A stretch of 64,000 nt of DNA. Origin: a virus. Every line of letters starts with the position of its first letter. Position 1 is the stretch's first letter. Made by a program: the position numbers and the translations under genes. The DNA is taken from positions 96,001-160,000 of IMG/VR virus record IMGVR_UViG_3300001765_000030. One strand, written 5' to 3'. A model generated the notes under the pieces. That model made no database searches. It was not told the origin of the DNA and saw nothing but the letters and a program-made list of their open reading frames with translations. Below, in pieces: positions 57,159 through 64,000 of this stretch.

Positions 57159-58849
57159 GTAGTCATTACGAAATCTTCCAGACCTGCGGCCCTCGAAAAA
57201 AGTATCTCTCTCATGTCAAGAGCAGTTTCACGTTGTGTAGAACCACACTTAGGACACTTACTGTTTCTTACACGGAACTGAATACCTTCTTTGATCATAT
57301 ACTTGCGAATCTCTGTACCAGACGAGAGTACTTTGAAATCGTCAACTGTAAGATCATTGATAAGTCCTGGAATAAATCTAGGATCCGCATCACCATAACG
57401 AGCAATAATTTTTGCACTATTACCGTCAGGGTTCTTAACTTCTTTAAAGATAGGAACGTGAATCTTACGCACATACATACCATATTTGTAGATAAGGACG
57501 CGAGCGGCTTCTTTTTTAGAAAGACCTTCAACTGCCATATCGGAGATAGGATACAATACGCTACGAAGAGTACTATCCGGGACATCGTTTTCCTGTTTAA
57601 GGTATTTAAGATATGCCAACACTTCATCCATGTTAGGAATACCTTGGAATACACGCATTTTGGAATCAGGAAGGAAATTACGAAGATCATCAGTTTCAGG
57701 AAGATTTCCGTTTACAACTTGAATAAGCTTTTCAGCTACTTCATAAGCTTTGATATTTTCTCTAGGATAACCATTACGGATATCAGAAATCGTTGCACCA
57801 GAGATATCATCAGCAGATGGATCAGCTACGAATGTAATTGCAGTGTTTTCGCGCTTTTCACGTACAAGGTGATTACATTTCGCATTGTCACATGTTGCAG
57901 AATATGAATTGATACCAGGATAGTTTACATTGTACATTCCCCAGTATATACACCATATATCAGGAAGTTTAATGTTTTTCAACCATTCATTGAAAGTAAG
58001 ATTCTTCTTGAACGAGTTATTCACAGTGTGTTTAAATGCACTGTAAAGTTCCATTTCAATCTGTTCAACGAAACTTACTTCATGACCTTCACGGTTGAGA
58101 TCAAGGAAGTCTTTATTTGTATAGGTAGAGATATCATAGAAGATACCAGAATATGGCATTACTACGCGACTAATACCTCTTGGACCAACGATAGATGACG
58201 GACCTGCAGCAGTTTTATTGAAATATTGTTCAATAATATCCTGTTGAGATTCCGAGTCATCAATTGCGAAAACTTTAACATTTGAAGATGGTTTAAACGC
58301 GGACAATGCACGAGCACCTTTACGTTCACCGATTGTACCGATTTTAAGAGGTTCCTGAATGATTTCAGTTTCCATTTCGATTGGAACTAATTCACCTTCA
58401 ACTTCAACGCTGAGTTCGTGAGAATCGTCCTGATCACCATCATCTTTGAAAACATCATCGATAACGTCATCTTCAGAAAGAACTTCAAAGTCTTCATCAT
58501 CACCGAAATCATCCTCTACAGGTACTACTGTAGGTTTTGCTTCATCGATGATTACCGTGTTTTCGAGTTCCGCGGAAATTTCTTGGACCGCAGCAGACGG
58601 CTTCTTTTTCTCCGCAGTCGCTCGCCCTCTCGTACTACTTGCTTTGACGACAGGGCTCTTAGCGACGACTTCCACACTTCCGCCAACGTCGCCAAGAATA
58701 CTTTGACCTCCGGAAAGATCAATCTCGCCAATAGCAATAGGAGTGTTATCAGGATTAGTATCTGCAGGCATTGACGAATTTCCATTATCTGTCTCCTGTT
58801 TTCTTTGCGCAGCTTTAAATGCTGCTAGATCCGGTTTCTTTGTATTCAC
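57155..58849 (-). CDS. Possible baseplate hub/tail assembly chaperone (T4 gp26-like) with two Cys pairs
   Basis: Acidic disordered N-terminal third; CDNAKC and C-terminal CPKCG...LDMREILF. Confidence 0.5.
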   Translation of the reverse strand: MNTKKPDLAAFKAAQRKQETDNGNSSMPADTNPDNTPIAIGEIDLSGGQSILGDVGGSVEVVAKSPVVKASSTRGRATAEKKKPSAAVQEISAELENTVIIDEAKPTVVPVEDDFGDDEDFEVLSEDDVIDDVFKDDGDQDDSHELSVEVEGELVPIEMETEIIQEPLKIGTIGERKGARALSAFKPSSNVKVFAIDDSESQQDIIEQYFNKTAAGPSSIVGPRGISRVVMPYSGIFYDISTYTNKDFLDLNREGHEVSFVEQIEMELYSAFKHTVNNSFKKNLTFNEWLKNIKLPDIWCIYWGMYNVNYPGINSYSATCDNAKCNHLVREKRENTAITFVADPSADDISGATISDIRNGYPRENIKAYEVAEKLIQVVNGNLPETDDLRNFLPDSKMRVFQGIPNMDEVLAYLKYLKQENDVPDSTLRSVLYPISDMAVEGLSKKEAARVLIYKYGMYVRKIHVPIFKEVKNPDGNSAKIIARYGDADPRFIPGLINDLTVDDFKVLSSGTEIRKYMIKEGIQFRVRNSKCPKCGSTQRETALDMREILFSRAAGLEDFVMTT

Positions 58850-58905
58850 GCATAACTCCTGCTTATAGGGGTAATTTAACTCAGTAGCTTGTTCAACGCG
58901 TAATA

Positions 58906-58921
58906 AATAATAAAATATATA
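58906..58921 (-). promoter_or_regulatory. Possible early-type promoter motif
   Basis: TATATATTTTATTATT upstream of the chaperonin operon. Confidence 0.35.
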
Positions 58922-58924
58922 GTA

Positions 58925-58951
58925 ATATAGTGGGGAATATCCCCACTATAT
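58925..58951 (-). terminator. GGGGA/TCCCC-family hairpin
   Basis: atatagtggggaatatccccactatat after the portal gene. Confidence 0.75.
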
Positions 58952-58969
58952 ACTTAATATCACATGTGG

Positions 58970-61900
58970 TTAGAAATATTCTCCATCCTTAGGTTTGGAG
59001 TCAGGATCATCTCCTCCAGAGTTATCTCCTCCGGAAGATTCATCTCCTCCAAAGTCGTCACCGTTATCAGAGTCACCACCACTATCGCCGCCACCAAAGT
59101 CAAAATCCCCACCACTATCATCGTCGCCACCATCATCGTCGCTACCATAATCACTATCTCCACTTCCAGAATCGTCTTCGCCATCAATAGTTGGCTGGTT
59201 AAATTTCTCAAATTCTGCAGTAACTTTAGGAGTAAGTGCTCTAGCTTCATCAATGATTCTGTCAATACGTTCCCAGTCAGTAGAAGATGAAAGATCTTTC
59301 ATAAGAAGTTTACGAGTTACCATCATCAGGATAGGCCACTCTTTATTCTCATGGGAATCATCACCATAATACATCTTGATAATATCGTCAACAAGAGCTG
59401 AAGTAGATGAAATCTCTTCAGAAATCTTATTAACTGTAAGATCTTTAGGAGGCGTAAACGCAAAGTTAATCTTTTTGATATCAATATTGATCTCATTTTG
59501 ATTAACTTTTTTGTCAACAGTATCTGAAGCAGCTCCATCTAATGAAGGGAACTTGATATCAGAATAGTTTACAAGAAGCTTAATAGCCTTTGTAACAAAT
59601 TTAGAATAATTGACACCTCTATCTACGATAAGATTTCGGAAGTCAATTCGATGCTGCGTCATAGATGCTACATATTCATCTTGACTCAACATATCCAAAC
59701 TTGATGGAGGAACACCAATCTTCATTACAGCAGATTTAAGTCTATCTCCAGTATATTCATCATCAATCTCAACATCATTGACTTTTTCAACATTCGTGAT
59801 ATCGAACAATTTTTCACCATCGACTACAGGAATTGTAATCGTCTTAAAGTTACCAACAGATCTTACAATACTATCGGTTCCACCGAACAAGGTTCTTGCA
59901 GAGATATTACGCGTTGAAGAGTTTCGAATGATACTACCGATAGTAGTTCCAATCTCTTTACTCTTACCGACATTAATCTCCATAACTTCAACATTACTAG
60001 ACTTCATAACCTTCATCATAAGAGATGAAACGAGAGATGAAATATAGCTATAACAAGTAAAAAGCGTACCATTGAATACACTAACAGGATAACCATCAGC
60101 ATCCAATTCTCTACTCATATATACCATATGAGATTCAGGAATGAATGTAAATCTAATGTTATTTCTGAAGAGTACATCGTCTCTTATAAGATTCATAAGA
60201 GCGCTTTGGAATGTGCCATTATCGATAAGACTATCGTCCCCAAGTCGTTTTGTAATAGTTTTGATAAGAACGGATTTGAGCAGTTCAACCTTTTTATTAC
60301 TTTGACCTGTAGTACCATAGATATTTCCATTCGCATTACCGTTAAGAACGGGAGATACTACTGAAGATGGGGAGAATACTCCAGAAGAGAAAGGATTTCC
60401 TCCATCTGCTCCACCTACACCACCACCTCTAGTTGCAGCAGCATCGTCACCATATCCCAAACGTTTAACGATATCAAGGAAAGAACCACGATCTTTCTTC
60501 ATACCAGTGAAACCATCCATTGACGTTCTAAGATATTCTACAACGTAATACCCGTAATGTGTTCCACCATTAGCGATTGGAATAACATGCTCTGGTTCAT
60601 ACTCAGTAAGAATAGCTCTTCGGTTATGGATAGCTTTCGCATATTCATCAGGTTTAATTGGATCGATATCAAGTTCGATTTCAAACCCATTAATATTTAT
60701 GGCACGCTTAGAATCAGCAACATTTCCAGCAGCTTTTATACTATCGTTTTGACGATAGAAATCCTCAATGATACCCTTATCAATTTCATGAGCTTTATTG
60801 GCATAGAAAGTATTTTTAATGGTTTTAGCACCTTGGTAAAGGTGTCCTTTTTTAGGATCCATAACTTCAACACTTCTATCGAAAGCAACTACCAATTCAC
60901 GAAGTTGTTTCTTAAGCTCAGTAGATCTAGTTTTTCTATTAGCAGGTTTAGATATAGCTTCATTAAATGATTCCATACTAGTTGCCATTTTAGAAATTGA
61001 AGCTCTATCATGCATTTTATTGATTTTAGATTCAATAAAGTTTTCACGAATTTCTTCAAGACAAACAGATTCATACTCATCCAAGAGATCATCAGTGATA
61101 ATGGAATCCACATATGGATCGATTTCACTCTCAACAGACCGAGTAGTTTCAGATTTATCAATATCACTTGAGAAGCTTTCTGTAGAGAACTTATCATAGC
61201 TATCGTAAGCATGCGATATTGGAGATTTGATTTTGAATGATTCAATACTAATAAGATTAGTGACGTCATATGGAATCAAATTCTCTCTAGTATACGCTCC
61301 ACCTTCTTTACGTTTCTTAATCTCATGATTCAGTAAGAATAATACGTCGTCTTGAGGAAGTACACTGAAAGGTTTAACTCCACTAATTTCAGATACCATC
61401 AACCATCTACGAATTTTAGATTCAAAATCGTATTCATCGAGGAGATCTTTAATCTTACCCTCGATAGCAGTTTTGCGCTGATCATCATCATCTTCATAGA
61501 AATTTGTAATAAATCTATGACTAAATTCGTCACGGTTTATCACATCTTTAACAATGATCTCGACAGCTTTACCAAGTTCAGGAATAATATCTGCAATTTT
61601 ACCATATTCTGGCATGAGAGCGAATTTATTGGCACTCTCAGCCATCAACTCTTCTACAGAAGAATGGTCGTTAAGTCTGTCAAGTGTATTATCGCTCAAT
61701 TCCTGATCATAAATACTATGAGAACCGGAAGGATTGGTCATTACATTAGACTGTTTAACACCCTTTAACAGGTTAACCTTTTCTTCATCGCGTAATGCAC
61801 TTGTGATAATCTTAACGTATTCTATTACTTGAGAACCTTTCCCAACTCCAATAGAATCGTTATGTCTAGAACTAGCCAACTTATCAGCTAGAACTTGACG

Positions 61901-62035
61901 AGTATTATCGACAATCTTTTCATTTCGTCGTATAAAATCCGGAGATAACCCTGTTAGTGCGGAGTTAACAATGTTAACTGCCTCTAACAATTCATCCCCT
62001 TTTTGAGTAACGTCGGTGCTTTTAGTCTCAGCCAT
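58970..62035 (-). CDS. Portal protein (phiKZ gp129-like)
   Basis: 1021 aa; IPELGKAVEIIVKDV, FTFIPESHMVY...GYPVSVF, VKIGVPPS and an acidic G/D-rich tail fit jumbo-phage portals. Confidence 0.7.
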   Translation of the reverse strand: MAETKSTDVTQKGDELLEAVNIVNSALTGLSPDFIRRNEKIVDNTRQVLADKLASSRHNDSIGVGKGSQVIEYVKIITSALRDEEKVNLLKGVKQSNVMTNPSGSHSIYDQELSDNTLDRLNDHSSVEELMAESANKFALMPEYGKIADIIPELGKAVEIIVKDVINRDEFSHRFITNFYEDDDDQRKTAIEGKIKDLLDEYDFESKIRRWLMVSEISGVKPFSVLPQDDVLFLLNHEIKKRKEGGAYTRENLIPYDVTNLISIESFKIKSPISHAYDSYDKFSTESFSSDIDKSETTRSVESEIDPYVDSIITDDLLDEYESVCLEEIRENFIESKINKMHDRASISKMATSMESFNEAISKPANRKTRSTELKKQLRELVVAFDRSVEVMDPKKGHLYQGAKTIKNTFYANKAHEIDKGIIEDFYRQNDSIKAAGNVADSKRAININGFEIELDIDPIKPDEYAKAIHNRRAILTEYEPEHVIPIANGGTHYGYYVVEYLRTSMDGFTGMKKDRGSFLDIVKRLGYGDDAAATRGGGVGGADGGNPFSSGVFSPSSVVSPVLNGNANGNIYGTTGQSNKKVELLKSVLIKTITKRLGDDSLIDNGTFQSALMNLIRDDVLFRNNIRFTFIPESHMVYMSRELDADGYPVSVFNGTLFTCYSYISSLVSSLMMKVMKSSNVEVMEINVGKSKEIGTTIGSIIRNSSTRNISARTLFGGTDSIVRSVGNFKTITIPVVDGEKLFDITNVEKVNDVEIDDEYTGDRLKSAVMKIGVPPSSLDMLSQDEYVASMTQHRIDFRNLIVDRGVNYSKFVTKAIKLLVNYSDIKFPSLDGAASDTVDKKVNQNEINIDIKKINFAFTPPKDLTVNKISEEISSTSALVDDIIKMYYGDDSHENKEWPILMMVTRKLLMKDLSSSTDWERIDRIIDEARALTPKVTAEFEKFNQPTIDGEDDSGSGDSDYGSDDDGGDDDSGGDFDFGGGDSGGDSDNGDDFGGDESSGGDNSGGDDPDSKPKDGEYF

Positions 62036-62044
62036 TTATATCTC

Positions 62045-63733
62045 CTAATATGTCATAGCATGTATAACATGTTGGGCTAATGTACCTAATTTTCGAGTTG
62101 TTCCACCATCAATAGCAGTCATATTTCCGACATTGAAAATTTGAGTATTTGCATCAGCGTTAGCTTCTTTTGTAAATACTCCAATCATGGATACCATATC
62201 TCCATCGAAGTCTCCTCCAAGAGCTGAAAGGAATGCTGGAAATATAACCAATGAGTCTGTAAACATTGATGTTACAACTTCAAAATCTTTTTTAGTATCG
62301 ATGATTGGGAAGTTTGGATAAACTGTATCACCGATCATAATGGATCCAACTCTATTGTATGGAACAATATTCAATCCAGAAGGATATGTATTGTTATGGT
62401 CTTCAATCGGATAACGCGTAATATACACATGTTTATTACGAACCTTATCGTATGCCGCCATATAAAAGAGATGGATAAGTCTCATTGTAACAAGTTTAGT
62501 TTTCGCTTTAGCGATATCTTGTTCAATGTCAATATCCGCACCATCATTCACATAGAATTGGACAGTAACTTCTCCACCATCTTCCAATGGAAGTTTGAAT
62601 GGATCAAGTCGATGTTCAGGAGCATCATGATACAATTCGATAAGATTGTATATGTATTGAGATGTAAGGACAACTTTCCAGTCGCTGGCAAGTTTAACTC
62701 GTTCAATTTTAAGACCAGAATTTACAGAATCTAATTTTTCAGTATCCATATCAGATACATCACGATTATGCATTTTCCCAAAATTTAAAATTGAAGAATT
62801 TGTATCCTTATTTACAAATACATACTCTCCACCACTCATGTATTCTTCGATGATTTCTCGAATTCCGTTTACAATAAATGGTGCAAAACATTTGATTACC
62901 GCGAATAATGGTACCATAGATTTATTGAAAGTTGCATCCATAAGATTTGGAGAATCAGCTTTCGATATATCTAAACATGAAATAACGAGACGTGCAGAGT
63001 AGTCGATAGCTTTTCCCATAATATACTTATGGATAAACCCTTTTCTACCACCATACATCTTAATCATCATCTCATGAAAATCTACAAGTATAGTATTCAT
63101 TGTCCGATATGTATCTGAAACGTTATCAAATGTACCAAGAATATTTTCTGTAGATTTAATAGTTGATGCGAGATTCATCAAACTTATATAAATCGTATTG
63201 ATTTCATTCTTCTTATCCCCGCTCATATCTACATCACGGTAGAATGGAGGAATTACAAGGATTTTATTCATGAATATCTGGGACTTGTCAAGAGACTTAA
63301 TAAATCTCAAACGGTTAAATCTTACCCCAGAAGTTTGTCCAAGGTCATCAAATTTAAGTTTCTCCCAGTTATCAAACAAGAACCGAGCTCCAGTACCAGT
63401 TACAGCCCCAGCAGGAACAGCACCTTCAACCTTAACAAGGTCTCCATTCTTTATATAGTATTCGCCAACACCATTTATAAGATCCATAAACTGACGTTTA
63501 ATAGATTTTAATTCGAATTGACAATGAGGGTGTACAAATACATCATTAAGTTCAATGTATGCGAAATGTTTCTTTCGCTCAGCAGTTCCAGGATAACCGA
63601 ATATCTCGTAGGAAGCTAGTCCTTCCGGATCTGGTTCACCTTCCCGTATAAAGATTTTAGATGATGTAACTTCAGTTAAGTTTTCACCTTTAATCATCTC
63701 TTCCGATACGGAGAATAAATCGTATGTTAACAT
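62045..63733 (-). CDS. rpoC: Split RNA polymerase beta-prime, N-terminal/catalytic fragment (probably virion RNAP)
   Basis: EIFG...FAYIEL...HP, GRKGFIHKYIMGKAIDYSARLVIS, ITRYP and catalytic GGDFDGD. Confidence 0.93.
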   Translation of the reverse strand: MLTYDLFSVSEEMIKGENLTEVTSSKIFIREGEPDPEGLASYEIFGYPGTAERKKHFAYIELNDVFVHPHCQFELKSIKRQFMDLINGVGEYYIKNGDLVKVEGAVPAGAVTGTGARFLFDNWEKLKFDDLGQTSGVRFNRLRFIKSLDKSQIFMNKILVIPPFYRDVDMSGDKKNEINTIYISLMNLASTIKSTENILGTFDNVSDTYRTMNTILVDFHEMMIKMYGGRKGFIHKYIMGKAIDYSARLVISCLDISKADSPNLMDATFNKSMVPLFAVIKCFAPFIVNGIREIIEEYMSGGEYVFVNKDTNSSILNFGKMHNRDVSDMDTEKLDSVNSGLKIERVKLASDWKVVLTSQYIYNLIELYHDAPEHRLDPFKLPLEDGGEVTVQFYVNDGADIDIEQDIAKAKTKLVTMRLIHLFYMAAYDKVRNKHVYITRYPIEDHNNTYPSGLNIVPYNRVGSIMIGDTVYPNFPIIDTKKDFEVVTSMFTDSLVIFPAFLSALGGDFDGDMVSMIGVFTKEANADANTQIFNVGNMTAIDGGTTRKLGTLAQHVIHAMTY

Positions 63734-64000
63734 ACTGAAATTCCTTCATTAAATAATGTAACTTCAGAATTATGAGGACCTCGTCTATGCGAACCTAAGA
63801 AAAAAAGGACATTGTTGAAATAATTTGGATCAACCCCATTGTGTATATTGGGAGAAACAAGTGACAAGCCTTTTATTTTAGTATTTTCGACATATTCGAA
63901 AGCCTTAATTAAATACTGAATCATTATAATGTCGTGATCTGTATTCGAGTTTAGTAGGTATTCGCACTCATCATTGTTAAATCTCTCAAGATGATCGCAA
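63727..64000 (-). CDS. C-terminal part of a hypothetical protein truncated by the window edge
   Basis: Frame stays open from 63924 to the edge (...CDHLERFNNDECEYLL...); its stop overlaps the rpoC start. Confidence 0.65.
   Translation of the reverse strand, partial: CDHLERFNNDECEYLLNSNTDHDIIMIQYLIKAFEYVENTKIKGLSLVSPNIHNGVDPNYFNNVLFFLGSHRRGPHNSEVTLFNEGISVC

Noticed and set aside
57155-57205. Programmed -1 frameshift (gpG/gpGT-type) at CTTTTTTCG joining the two chaperone-like ORFs
   Set aside because: The -1 frame hits TAA (57166-68) before the downstream ATG; simple ATGA coupling explains the layout.
54689-57907. Long antisense ORFs (54689..55582, 57107..57907; also 4098..4682, 47068..47652)
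   Set aside because: They are shadows of strongly biased sense genes, with no RBS, promoter motif or recognisable domains.
2227-58951. Hairpin repeats as a CRISPR array, REP/MITE elements or att sites
   Set aside because: They are dispersed singly at gene ends, with no spacers, target duplications, transposase or integrase.
1-64000. Stop-codon reassignment (code 15 or 4)
   Set aside because: Conserved genes are intact under code 11, and TAG and TGA both end genes directly before terminators or the next RBS.
1-64000. Introns/inteins in RNAP, gyrB or helicase genes; chimallin, PhuZ and tRNA genes
   Set aside because: The ORFs are uninterrupted with no intein C...HN signatures, and I recognised no tubulin motif, chimallin-like ORF or cloverleaf. 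Absence applies to this window only.

Overview
This AT-rich window is part of a jumbo dsDNA phage genome, most like the AR9/PBS1-phiR1-37/phiKZ supergroup. It uses the standard genetic code, is densely coding, and both ends fall inside genes. It carries pieces of two split multisubunit RNA polymerases: three beta-prime fragments, one beta C-terminal fragment and a probable gp226/gp68-like promoter-specificity subunit. It also encodes a portal, a 2480-aa tape-measure-like protein, baseplate/tail proteins, paralogous internal head proteins, a GroEL-like chaperonin, GyrB, an SF2 helicase, a GH19 lysin and a signal-peptide HNH (DUF1524-like) nuclease. The intergenic DNA contains a late-type motif AACA-N6-T(G/A), an early-type motif TATATA(T)-N-rich-ATG, and a family of GGGGA-N3/4-TCCCC hairpins. 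The main unexplained feature is a ~350-nt non-coding, hairpin-rich unit at ~31545-31890 (-) with its own promoters and terminator, flanked by a 21-aa sORF and the exported nuclease. I saw no tRNA, CRISPR array, intron, intein, chimallin or PhuZ gene. All family assignments come from motif recognition by eye, not database searches.
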